A DNA stretch of 64,000 bases from Alkalispirochaeta sp. (GTDB lineage: Bacteria; Spirochaetota; Spirochaetia; DSM-27196; Alkalispirochaetaceae): contig OZ271854.1 in NCBI GenBank assembly GCA_965601925.1, forward strand, positions 1,696,001 through 1,760,000. Reading direction: 5' to 3'. The notes under the pieces are model-generated. The model worked only from the letters and a program-made list of their open reading frames with translations. It did not search any database and had not been told where the DNA came from. Position numbers and translations under genes: made by a program. Numbering within the stretch: position 1 is the first letter of the stretch; each line of letters opens with the position of its first letter. This document shows positions 21,243 to 30,417 of the stretch, piece after piece.

Positions 21243-22769
21243 ATGGCCCAACCCATACTCGAAACGCGCCACATCGTGAAGCGGTTTCCGAAGGTTTTGG
21301 CGAACGACGACATCAATCTAACGCTTTACGAGGGCGAAATCCTCTGTCTTCTCGGCGAGAACGGCGCGGGAAAGAGCACCCTCATGAATGTGCTCTACGG
21401 TTTGTACAAACCGACCGCCGGCCACATCGTCCTGGGCGGCGAGGAGGTTGAGTTTTCGTCGCCTCGCGATGCGATCGACCGTGGACTCGGCATGGTGCAT
21501 CAACATTTCATGCTCGTGGATACCCTCACCGTTACCGAGAACATCATTCTCGGGGCCGAGCCGGGCCGGGGACCCCAAATCGACTACAAGACCGCGCGCG
21601 AGGAGGTCCGCAACCTCAGCGAACGTTACGGACTCAAGATCGACCCCGACGCCAAGATTATGAACCTTTCGGTCGGGTTGCAGCAACGTGTGGAGATCCT
21701 CAAGGCGTTGTATCGCCGCGCCAAGATTCTGATTCTCGACGAGCCGACCGCCGTTCTCACACCGCAAGAGGTTGAGGAGCTGTTCGCCGTAATCGGCGGG
21801 CTCAGGGAGAGCGGCGTCTCCATCATCATCATCACCCACAAGCTCGAAGAGGTGAAGGCGATCTCGGACCGCGTGTACATTCTGCGTCGCGGTCGAATCG
21901 AGGGCGAGCGCCGTACCGCCGACGTATCCAAAGAGGACCTCGCAAACCTGATGGTCGGGCGCAACGTCGTGCTCACCGTGGAACGGGTGTATCACCAGGC
22001 ACAGTCCGATCCGATCTTCGAGATCGAGGACTTGCACGTGCTGGATGATCGCGGAATACCGGCCGTCGGCGGGCTCTCATTGGACGTGCGTCCCGGCGAG
22101 GTCGTCGGTATCGCCGGTGTCGACGGCAACGGCCAAAGTGAGCTTGCAGAGACGATCATGGGGCTTCGCGCCGCCGTCACCGGAGGAGTACGGCTTGCGG
22201 GAGAAGATATATCGAGACTTACGACGAAAGAGCGCATTCACCGACGGATCAGCTACGTCCCCGCCGACCGGCAGCGGTACGGGTTGGTGTTACCCTTTTC
22301 TATAGCCGAGAATATCGCTCTGGGGTATCACGATCGCGCGCCCAACTCCCGCCGCGGCACCCTCGATTATCCTGCCATGGAGCGCACGGCCGTCGAGCTC
22401 ATCGACAGTTTCGACATCCGTACCCCCGGACCCTTGGCTCCGGCGGGACATCTGTCGGGCGGCAATCAACAGAAGGTAATTCTGGCGCGCGAGTTTGCCC
22501 GCGATCCCTCCTTTCTGTTGGTAAGTCAGCCGACGCGCGGCCTCGACGTGGGAGCCATCGAGTATATTCATTCGCGGATTTTGGACATGCGGGATCGGGA
22601 TGTGGGTGTGCTTCTCATATCCCTCGAGCTGGAGGAGATATTTGCTCTCGCCGACCGCATTTTGGTGTTGTACGGCGGAACGATCGTCAAAGAGTTCGCG
22701 ACCGACCAAACCGATGAACGCGAAGTGGGATTCTACATGACCGGCGGAAAGAAGGAGCAGACTGCATGA
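21243..22769 (+). CDS. Nucleoside/sugar ABC transporter ATP-binding protein (CUT2, tandem NBD)
   Basis: GENGAGKS, HQHFML, LDEPTA, LSGGNQQK, QPTRGLDVGA. SD GGAGG before ATG 21243. Confidence 0.93.
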   Translation: MAQPILETRHIVKRFPKVLANDDINLTLYEGEILCLLGENGAGKSTLMNVLYGLYKPTAGHIVLGGEEVEFSSPRDAIDRGLGMVHQHFMLVDTLTVTENIILGAEPGRGPQIDYKTAREEVRNLSERYGLKIDPDAKIMNLSVGLQQRVEILKALYRRAKILILDEPTAVLTPQEVEELFAVIGGLRESGVSIIIITHKLEEVKAISDRVYILRRGRIEGERRTADVSKEDLANLMVGRNVVLTVERVYHQAQSDPIFEIEDLHVLDDRGIPAVGGLSLDVRPGEVVGIAGVDGNGQSELAETIMGLRAAVTGGVRLAGEDISRLTTKERIHRRISYVPADRQRYGLVLPFSIAENIALGYHDRAPNSRRGTLDYPAMERTAVELIDSFDIRTPGPLAPAGHLSGGNQQKVILAREFARDPSFLLVSQPTRGLDVGAIEYIHSRILDMRDRDVGVLLISLELEEIFALADRILVLYGGTIVKEFATDQTDEREVGFYMTGGKKEQTA

Positions 22770-24073
22770 GTACCGCTCTAACAAAAAAAGTTGCGTTCTT
22801 ACCCACCCTCCTTGCGGTACTAACGGCCGTCCTCGGTGCGGCGGGAACGATTTTGTGGCTCGCCGCCTCCTCGAGGCGCGGCGAGGCGGCGTATTTCTGG
22901 GGGATATGGCTCATTGTCGTCGCGGCGGCGCTCTATCTGTGGCGCTATCGACTGCTCAACGGCCATACCGAGCTCATCGAGCTGATTCGTTCAAGCGCAC
23001 GCAAGATGGTAGTGCCGATACTCGGTATCGTCGCGGCGATTGTGATCGGCGGCATTTTGATGTTGGCGACCGGGTACAATCCGTTCCAGGCGTACGCGGC
23101 GCTCTTTGTCGGCGGACTGGTACGCAACTGGCATATCTCGGTTCTCAACGCTGCGCCGCTTATCTTTACCGCGTTGTCCGTCGCGTTCGCCTTTAAGGCC
23201 GGATTGTTCAATATCGGTGCCGAAGGGCAGTACTACTTGGGCGCCATGGCCGCCACATGGCTCAGTATTCGGCTGGCGTTACCGGGAGTTGTGAGTATTC
23301 CCCTCGTCTTCGTGTTCGCCGGACTCCTCGGCGCCCTCTGGACGATCATTCCGGCTTTTCTCAAAGTGCGCACCGGAGCCCACGAGGTCATCACTACGAT
23401 GATGTTGGCCCACACTGCGCGGTACCTTTCGCCGGTGTTCATCCGCGCCAACGGGGGCGATCCGGCTACCAGTCCCCACCCCTACAGAACCTTCGAGATT
23501 CTTGAGAACAACGTGCTGCCACGATTTCAGCAGTTTCTCCCGGAGGCGAACGGTCGCCTCCACACCGGTATCGTGTTGGCGATTCTGGTCGCTCTGGCGA
23601 TTCACTATTTGCTGTATCACACCAGCGTCGGATTCGAGATTCGTGCGGTCGGCGAAAACAAGGATGCGGCACGCGCCCAGGGCATATCGGTGGCCAAGAA
23701 CATTTTCATCGCCCTTCTGGTCGCCGGATTTTTGGCCGGTCTCGCGGGATTCAATCAGGTAAACGGGTTGGATCACCGCCTCTTCGAGAATCTTCAGGCG
23801 GGATACGGATGGAACGGCATATCGGTGGCGCTTCTTGCGGGTGGTAATCCGATCGGTGTGGTTTTCACGGGGCTCTTGTGGGGCGCTTTGGACGCGGGCG
23901 GTCAGTTCATGTCCAGGACGACTCAGACTCCCAGCGCGATCGTCGAGATCGTGAAAGGCACGATTCTCTTCTTGGTCGTGGCCCGCTACATCTACACGGC
24001 CTTCGGTGAGTGGCGCAAACGACGGCGCCGCGATCGTGAACTCGCCGGTAACACCGCGGAACAGGGGGCCTGA
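22766..24073 (+). CDS. Nucleoside ABC transporter permease (NupB-like)
   Basis: GLFNIGAEGQ, HEVITTMM, GFEIRAVGEN, GWNGISVALL. Confidence 0.9.
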   Translation: MSTALTKKVAFLPTLLAVLTAVLGAAGTILWLAASSRRGEAAYFWGIWLIVVAAALYLWRYRLLNGHTELIELIRSSARKMVVPILGIVAAIVIGGILMLATGYNPFQAYAALFVGGLVRNWHISVLNAAPLIFTALSVAFAFKAGLFNIGAEGQYYLGAMAATWLSIRLALPGVVSIPLVFVFAGLLGALWTIIPAFLKVRTGAHEVITTMMLAHTARYLSPVFIRANGGDPATSPHPYRTFEILENNVLPRFQQFLPEANGRLHTGIVLAILVALAIHYLLYHTSVGFEIRAVGENKDAARAQGISVAKNIFIALLVAGFLAGLAGFNQVNGLDHRLFENLQAGYGWNGISVALLAGGNPIGVVFTGLLWGALDAGGQFMSRTTQTPSAIVEIVKGTILFLVVARYIYTAFGEWRKRRRRDRELAGNTAEQGA

Positions 24074-24074
24074 G

Positions 24075-25025
24075 GTGATTGACTACAACTTTATCGTAAA
24101 TCTGCTTTCCGCGACGATTCGCAACGCCACACCGATCGCTCTGGCCGCTATCGGCGCCGTCGTGTGCGAGCGGTCCGGTATCGTCAATATCGCGATGGAA
24201 GGGATCATGCTCATCGGCGCCTTCGTGGCGGCGATTGTGGCCGGTGCGACCGGCAATCCCTGGTTGGGACTTCTGGCGGCGATCTTTTTCGGCGGTCTGT
24301 TCAGCCTCCTCCACGCCTTTGCGACGGTGACCCTCCACCTCGACCACGTGGTGAGTGGGGCGGTACTCAACGTCCTTGCGCTCGGTATTACCGCATATCT
24401 CATGGTGTTGATCGTCGGCCACCCCGGCACGACCGATCCGGTTCCCAACAGCCTTTCGGAGTTGCGTTGGGCCGTCCCGGTGCTGTCGAGCATTCCGCTC
24501 ATCGGTCAGATGTTCTTCCATCAAACACCGATCGTGTACTTCAGCTTCATTCTGATCGCGCTCTTCACCTGGTTTCTCAAGCGCACCAAACTGGGACTCC
24601 ACATCCGCGCCGCGGGCGAGCATCCGTTGGCTCTCGAAACGATCGGCGTCTCGGTGTACAAGATGCGCTACTTCGGTGTTCTGGTCAGCGGCCTCGTGGG
24701 CGGCATGGCGGGGGCGTATCTCTCCATCGAGAGTAACGTCAGCTTCACCGAAGGGATGACGAACGGTCGCGGGTTCATCGCCATGGCGGCGATGATCTCG
24801 GGAGGATGGCATCCCGTAGGCGCCTTTCTGGCGGCACTCTTTTTCGGATTTGCCGACGCCCTACAGGTGCGATTCCAGGTGTTTCAAATCGCCGATGTGC
24901 CAGAGGAGATTTTCATCATCTTCCCGTACGTTATGACGGTCGTCGCCGTTGCGGGACTCGTTCGGCGCAGCCGTCCGCCGAAGGCGGTCGGGACCGATTT
25001 CATGATCGAGCGCAGCGAGGATTGA
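24075..25025 (+). CDS. Nucleoside ABC transporter permease (NupC-like)
   Basis: ERSGIVNIAMEG, GLHIRAAGEHP, GRGFIAMAA. GTG start 24075. Confidence 0.9.
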   Translation: MIDYNFIVNLLSATIRNATPIALAAIGAVVCERSGIVNIAMEGIMLIGAFVAAIVAGATGNPWLGLLAAIFFGGLFSLLHAFATVTLHLDHVVSGAVLNVLALGITAYLMVLIVGHPGTTDPVPNSLSELRWAVPVLSSIPLIGQMFFHQTPIVYFSFILIALFTWFLKRTKLGLHIRAAGEHPLALETIGVSVYKMRYFGVLVSGLVGGMAGAYLSIESNVSFTEGMTNGRGFIAMAAMISGGWHPVGAFLAALFFGFADALQVRFQVFQIADVPEEIFIIFPYVMTVVAVAGLVRRSRPPKAVGTDFMIERSED

Positions 25026-25104
25026 CGCGATGACGGATGCACACTCGACCCGCGCGCAAGGCGGCCGTCCGGCCGACACATTGCGGCAAACTCGCGCGCG
25101 GGAA

Positions 25105-25133
25105 TTGTGTCTCTGTGACGACGCGTGTATACT
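25105..25133 (+). promoter_or_regulatory. Internal sigma70 promoter for the BMP gene
   Basis: TTGTGT-17-TATACT; SD AAGGAGG downstream. Confidence 0.6.
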
Positions 25134-25181
25134 TTTTCGATATTTGATTCACTAGGTTAGTCCCAAAAGGAGGGATGGTTC

Positions 25182-26231
25182 ATGAAAAGAAACGTGAGTA
25201 TTGCGCTTGTGATGTTAGTGGCCGCGTCGGTGGTGTTCGCGGGCGGCCAGGGTGAAGAAGGTACCGGCGAGACGACAATGATTGCCGCCATGGCGACCGA
25301 CGTCGGCGGATTGGGCGATAGAAGTTTCAACGACGGTGCGTACGAAGGCCTGGTACGCGGCGAGCGATTCGGTTTCGAGGCGCGGGTCGTCGAGTCGAAC
25401 CAACAGACCGACTACATTCCCAACCTCACCGGCCTCGCTGAAGACGGCGCCGACATCGTCTTCGCCGTCGGATTCCTCATGGAGGAGGCGGTCAAAGAGG
25501 CTGCGCGGATGAATCCCGACACGTTCTTCGGCGGTATCGACATCGGCGGCGATGAATCCGTTCCCAACTTCCAGGGAATCCTCTACCGCGAGCAGGAGAG
25601 CGGGTTTCTCGCCGGTGTCGTCGCCGGGCATATGACCGCGGAGTTCTCCGACGCCTCGCCCCGTCTCAACCCCGATCCGGTCGTCGGTGTCGTACTCGGT
25701 ATGTTCATCCCGCCGGTCGAGCGCTTCGAGGTCGGTTTCATCCAGGGTGTGAAGTACGCCAACCCCGACGTGCGCGTTCTGTCGGTTACCGCCGGTGACT
25801 TCGTCGATCAGAGCCGCGGCCGTGAGGCGGCGCTGGCCATGATCGAACAGGGAGCGGACATCGTCTTTCACGCCGCCGGTCTTACCGGACTCGGTTCCAT
25901 TCAGGCGGCTCGTGAGGCGGGCGTGCTCGCAATCGGCGTCGATGTCGATCAGAACTCCGTTGCCCCCGATACGGTACTTACCAGCGCGGTTAAGAACATC
26001 CCCGAGTCCATCGAGGTCGTTCTGGAGAGCGTCGTGGACGGAACGTTCGAGGGTGGTACGCACGTGTACGGCCTCGCCGAAGGTGCGACCGGCATCTCCC
26101 CCTTCCACGGATTCGACGACGTCGTTCCGCAGGAGGTGAAAGACGCAGTAGAGGCGGCCACGCAGGCGATCCTCTCCGGTGAGATCGAGATTGCGGCGAC
26201 GCGCGCGGAGATCCAAGATCTTCTGGACTGA
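25182..26231 (+). CDS. BMP/PnrA-family nucleoside-binding protein
   Basis: TDVGGLGDRSFN, REQESGFLAG, GADIVFHAAG, AIGVDVDQ, LTSAVK. Confidence 0.93.
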   Translation: MKRNVSIALVMLVAASVVFAGGQGEEGTGETTMIAAMATDVGGLGDRSFNDGAYEGLVRGERFGFEARVVESNQQTDYIPNLTGLAEDGADIVFAVGFLMEEAVKEAARMNPDTFFGGIDIGGDESVPNFQGILYREQESGFLAGVVAGHMTAEFSDASPRLNPDPVVGVVLGMFIPPVERFEVGFIQGVKYANPDVRVLSVTAGDFVDQSRGREAALAMIEQGADIVFHAAGLTGLGSIQAAREAGVLAIGVDVDQNSVAPDTVLTSAVKNIPESIEVVLESVVDGTFEGGTHVYGLAEGATGISPFHGFDDVVPQEVKDAVEAATQAILSGEIEIAATRAEIQDLLD

Positions 26232-26313
26232 TTTCTCACTTGTAACGTTGCGGTATTGATGGAAACGGCCTCCCGTCGATTCTATTCGCTACCGTGACGA
26301 CTCAGTTTGTAAC

Positions 26314-26347
26314 GACCGGGCGGCTTCTCGCTGCTCGGTCTTTTTTT
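26314..26347 (+). terminator. Rho-independent terminator after the BMP gene
   Basis: GACCGGGCGGC-TTCTC-GCTGCTCGGTC 11-bp stem (2 G-U pairs) followed by T7. Confidence 0.85.
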
Positions 26348-26379
26348 ATGCTACGATTCGTTTGAAGTGGAGGCGCGAC

Positions 26380-27201
26380 ATGGATAATCGAATGGCCGCG
26401 GTACAGCGCGCGGCGGACTATATATCGAATCGGACCGCGATTCGACCGACCGTAGGACTCATACTCGGGAGCGGTCTGGGCGTTCTCGGCGACCGGATTC
26501 CCGACGGTGAGGCGATTCCGTACGAGGCGATCCCCGACTTTCCCACCAGTACCGTCGAGGGCCACGCCGGGCGTTTGGTGTTCGGTGAGCTCGGTGGCAA
26601 GCGGGTCGTGGTCATGCAGGGACGCTTCCACTACTATGAGGGCTACTCGATGGACGAGGTGGTATTTCCCGTCCGGGTGATGAAAAAACTCGGAGTTGAG
26701 ACCTTGATCGTCACCAACGCCGCCGGGGGCGTCAACACGAGCTTTTCTCCCGGCGATTTGATGATCATCACCGATCACATCAAGCTCTTCACGGACAGCC
26801 CCCTGCGCGGGCCGAACATCGACGAACTGGGGCCGCGATTCAACGACATGAGTTCGGCCTACACCCCGCCGTTGCGCACCCTGGCGAAGGAGGTCGCCGC
26901 GCGTCTGGGTTTGAATGTGCGGGAGGGGGTGTATGCGCATATGGCCGGACCGAGCTTCGAGACGCCGGCCGAGATCAAGATGCTGCGGACCCTCGGCGCC
27001 GACGCGGTGGGAATGTCCACGGTTCCGGAAGTGATCTGCGCCGCCCACGCTTCGATGCGCGTTCTGGGCGTCAGCGCGATCAGCAACATGGCCGCCGGTA
27101 TTCTCGATCAGCCTCTCAACCATCAGGAGGTGATCGAGACGGGGCACATGGTGCGCGACGCCTTCATCAGCCTCGTCGGCGCCGTCGTGGAGGCGTTGTA
27201 A
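26380..27201 (+). CDS. punA: Purine nucleoside phosphorylase (trimeric type; inosine/guanosine)
   Basis: ILGSGLG, GHAG, QGRFHYYEG, TNAAGG, GPSFETPAE, GMSTVPE, SN. Confidence 0.93.
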   Translation: MDNRMAAVQRAADYISNRTAIRPTVGLILGSGLGVLGDRIPDGEAIPYEAIPDFPTSTVEGHAGRLVFGELGGKRVVVMQGRFHYYEGYSMDEVVFPVRVMKKLGVETLIVTNAAGGVNTSFSPGDLMIITDHIKLFTDSPLRGPNIDELGPRFNDMSSAYTPPLRTLAKEVAARLGLNVREGVYAHMAGPSFETPAEIKMLRTLGADAVGMSTVPEVICAAHASMRVLGVSAISNMAAGILDQPLNHQEVIETGHMVRDAFISLVGAVVEAL

Positions 27202-28547
27202 TGGCCGTAGACGCAGGACCGACGACGCCGGCGCGGAACGGAGCCGCGGTGTCCGTCGAACGGACCATGCCGCCCAGCATCGTGCACGACCCGACATCGG
27301 CCGCCGAGGGCGCGCGAAAGATCGAGTGGGTGCGACGTAACATGCCGATCCTCCGCGCCTTGGAGGATCGATTTGCCCGCGAGAAGGTGTTTGAGGGCAT
27401 TCGCGCCGCCGTAAGCGTTCATCTGGAGGCCAAGACCGCGTATTTGGCCCTCGTTCTCGCCGCCGGAGGAGCTCACGTCTCCGTAACGGGAAGCAACCCC
27501 CTCTCGACCAAAGACGACGTCGTCGCCGCCCTCGCCGAGCGCGGCCTTCACGTCTACGCGCGCCACGGGGCGACGCGAGAGGAGTTTGAAGCGCATCAAA
27601 TCGCGGCGCTGTCGATCGAGCCGCACGTCGTGATCGACGACGGTGGCGACTTGGTATATCATCTACACGAGAAGGCCGCGCAGTACGGCGGCTCCGTCAT
27701 GGGGGCGTGCGAGGAGACGACCGCGGGAGTGCTCCGTAACCGCGCGCGGGAGAGGGCCGGCAAGTTGCGCTTTCCGGTCATCGCGGTTAACGATGCGCTC
27801 ATGAAGCACATGTTCGACAACCGCTACGGGACGGGGCAGAGCACGATGGACGCGCTCATGCGTACTACCAATTTGGTCGTGACCGGAAAGACGGTCGTGG
27901 TCGTCGGGTACGGATGGTGCGGCCGCGGCATTGCCGAGCGTGCCCGCGGTATGGGTGCCCACGTCGTGGTGTGCGAGGTGGACGATGTGAAAGCGTTGGA
28001 GGCGGTCATGGACGGTTACCGCGTGGTGCCGATGGCCACCGCCGCCGACAGCGGCGATTTCTTCGTCACGTGTACGGGTGTGCGTGACGTCATCACCATT
28101 CAGCACATTGCGAGTATGAAAGACGGCGCGATTCTCGCAAACGCGGGACACTTCTACGATGAGATCGACCTCGACGCCCTCCGCACCGAGGCGATTGAGT
28201 CCGTCGAGGTGCGGGAGAATCTGCAAGCGTATCGCCTGAAAGACGGGCGTTGGATAAACGTGATCGCCGACGGAAAGATCGTCAACATTTCGGCCGCCGA
28301 CGGCCACCCCGCCGAGATCATGGACACCAGCTTCGCCGTACAAGCCTTGAGTGCCGAGTATGTGGTCGGCAGCGGCGCGCGGCCCGACGATTCCTCCGGT
28401 GCGTCAGGCACGCTTCCCTCCGCGATCATCCCCGTCCCACGGGAGATCGACAGCCGCGTTGCGCGTCTCAAGCTCGCGGCGTTGGGAGTGACGCACGATC
28501 GCCTTACCCCGGCGCAGGAGGCGTATCTCGCCGACTTTGAGAAATGA
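27201..28547 (+). CDS. ahcY: AhcY-family hydrolase (S-adenosyl- or S-inosyl-homocysteine hydrolase)
   Basis: HLEAKT, SNPLST, DDGGDL, EETTAG, KHMFDNRYGTGQS, GYGWCGRG, NAGHF, GHPAEIMDTSF. Confidence 0.93.
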   Translation: MAVDAGPTTPARNGAAVSVERTMPPSIVHDPTSAAEGARKIEWVRRNMPILRALEDRFAREKVFEGIRAAVSVHLEAKTAYLALVLAAGGAHVSVTGSNPLSTKDDVVAALAERGLHVYARHGATREEFEAHQIAALSIEPHVVIDDGGDLVYHLHEKAAQYGGSVMGACEETTAGVLRNRARERAGKLRFPVIAVNDALMKHMFDNRYGTGQSTMDALMRTTNLVVTGKTVVVVGYGWCGRGIAERARGMGAHVVVCEVDDVKALEAVMDGYRVVPMATAADSGDFFVTCTGVRDVITIQHIASMKDGAILANAGHFYDEIDLDALRTEAIESVEVRENLQAYRLKDGRWINVIADGKIVNISAADGHPAEIMDTSFAVQALSAEYVVGSGARPDDSSGASGTLPSAIIPVPREIDSRVARLKLAALGVTHDRLTPAQEAYLADFEK

Positions 28548-28703
28548 TAGGGCGGACTGGCCGGAGAAGCGCCCGCGTGAGAACGCCGGTTCGAATCGAC
28601 GACGATGCGGCCGATACGTTACAAAATTGTAATCCGCTTGTAAGAAATCGGTAATTCGGTGTAGGTAATGCTCCCAGATACAACACTAGATCGCGAGGGT
28701 TCG

Positions 28704-29678
28704 ATGGTTCATTTTGACTCAGTAGGGAAGGACTACGGCGACGTAACGGCGCTGCAGAATGTGACCTTTTCGATTCCGAAAGGGGGCATCGTCGGGTTGT
28801 TGGGGCCGAACGGCGCCGGCAAAACGACGACGATGCGTATCATGACAGGCTTCATGGAGCCGACGCGGGGTGAGGTGCAGATTGCAGATCGACCGTTCTC
28901 CCCCGACTCGGTCGAGTTGAAGCGCCGAATTGGATATCTCCCGGAGTCGGCGCCGATGTACGGCGACATGCTGGCGTGGGATTATCTTGCCTATGAGGCG
29001 CGCCTGCACGGGGTCGATACCGGTTCGCGCGTACCGGATGTCATTCAAGAAGTGGGGCTCGGCTCACATGCGCACAAGCCGATTCGGGAGCTCTCAAAAG
29101 GGTATCGTCAGCGCGTGGGGTTGGCACACACCTTGTTGCACGACCCCGAGTTGCTCGTCCTCGACGAACCGACCAACGGCCTCGATCCGAACCAGATCGT
29201 GGAGGTTCGCGGCCTCATCCGACGGATCGCCGAGACGAAGACGGTCATTCTTTCGACGCATATCATGCAAGAGGTCGAGGCGCTGTGCGAGCGCGTCATC
29301 GTCATTCATAACGGCGCTATACGGTACGACGGCTCGATTCAGGCCTTTTCGCCCTCGGTGCAGGCCGTGCGGTTGACGGTGCACGGTATCGACTTTTCCG
29401 ATCTGGATACACGGCTGCGCACCATTCCCGGCTTTCGAAACGTGGAACGCGCCGACGATTCGCCGGCCGGCGCGAACGGTATCGACGGTCGACTTCTGTC
29501 GGTAACGGTGTACGCCGATCCGGGTGACGATCCGCGGCCGCATATCTTTCGTCTCGCCGCGGGCGAGGGCAACTTCACCATTTATGAGATGGTTCAGGAG
29601 CGTACCTCGGTTGAGGCTCTCTTTCGAGAGCTTACTCGTGATGAGAGCGACGGCGCCGACGACGGGGGTGAAGCATGA
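28704..29678 (+). CDS. ABC transporter ATP-binding protein, GldA-like
   Basis: GPNGAGKTT, IGYLPE, LSKGYRQRVG, LDEPTNGLDPNQ, STHIMQEVEA. Confidence 0.9.
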   Translation: MVHFDSVGKDYGDVTALQNVTFSIPKGGIVGLLGPNGAGKTTTMRIMTGFMEPTRGEVQIADRPFSPDSVELKRRIGYLPESAPMYGDMLAWDYLAYEARLHGVDTGSRVPDVIQEVGLGSHAHKPIRELSKGYRQRVGLAHTLLHDPELLVLDEPTNGLDPNQIVEVRGLIRRIAETKTVILSTHIMQEVEALCERVIVIHNGAIRYDGSIQAFSPSVQAVRLTVHGIDFSDLDTRLRTIPGFRNVERADDSPAGANGIDGRLLSVTVYADPGDDPRPHIFRLAAGEGNFTIYEMVQERTSVEALFRELTRDESDGADDGGEA

Positions 29679-30406
29679 TCGGTGGAATCGAATCGCGTAG
29701 GATCAAAGCGATGGTGGCGCTCTTTCGACGCGAGCTCGCCTCCTTCTTTCAGACGCCGGTGGCGTATGTGGTCGGCGTGCTCTTTCTGGCCATTACGGCG
29801 GTGCTCTTCTTCTCCGTCTTTTTTCTCTTCGATCGCGCGGAGATGCGCCAGTTCTTCAGCATTCTTCCGCCCCTCTTGGCGCTTCTTATGCCGGCGCTTT
29901 CGATGAGACTGGTTGCCGAGGAGCGACGGCGCGGTACGTGGGAGATACTGAGTACCCTCCCGTTCAAAAACGGCGATATCGTGGTTGCGAAGTTCGCTGC
30001 GGTATGGGTCACGGGCCTTTTTCTGCTCCTTCCGACGGTCATATTCGTCTTTACCGTCGCCGCGTTCGGACGCCTCGACGGCGGCCCCGTGCTGGGCGGT
30101 TACCTCGGTGCGACGCTACTGGTGGCGGCCTACTCCGCCATCGGAGTGTTCGCCTCCAGCGTCGCACGCAACGAGATTGTCGCGCTCATCTTGGGCTGGG
30201 TCATCGCGCTTTTTCTGGCCCTCCTGGAAGGCTTTCTCGTGCTGATTCCCGCCGCGCTGGTTCCGCTGTTCGAGTTTCTCAGCGTCGGATATCACTTTAA
30301 CGGCTTCTCTCGCGGGCTTCTCGATTCACGCTCGATCGTCTATCTCGTAACCGTAACGATCGGGTTTTTGACGCTCGCTCGATATCGCTTGGATCGACTG
30401 CGATAG
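29675..30406 (+). CDS. ABC-2 permease, GldF-like
   Basis: RELASFFQTPVAY, PALSMRLVAEERRRGTWEIL, 6 TM. Confidence 0.88.
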   Translation: MIGGIESRRIKAMVALFRRELASFFQTPVAYVVGVLFLAITAVLFFSVFFLFDRAEMRQFFSILPPLLALLMPALSMRLVAEERRRGTWEILSTLPFKNGDIVVAKFAAVWVTGLFLLLPTVIFVFTVAAFGRLDGGPVLGGYLGATLLVAAYSAIGVFASSVARNEIVALILGWVIALFLALLEGFLVLIPAALVPLFEFLSVGYHFNGFSRGLLDSRSIVYLVTVTIGFLTLARYRLDRLR

Positions 30407-30417
30407 GAAGGAACGGT

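Noticed and set aside
26232..26347. Riboswitch or attenuator before punA-ahcY; GGAAACGGCCTCCCGT recalls, from memory, the 3' part of the DUF1646/Na+ motif
   Set aside because: No matching 5' half and no purine or SAH aptamer consensus. The terminator is explained by the BMP gene, and punA has its own extended -10 (TGcTACGAT). An Rfam scan would settle it.
28550..28612. tRNA-like GGTTCGAATC at 28588
   Set aside because: No cloverleaf, acceptor stem or CCA could be formed.
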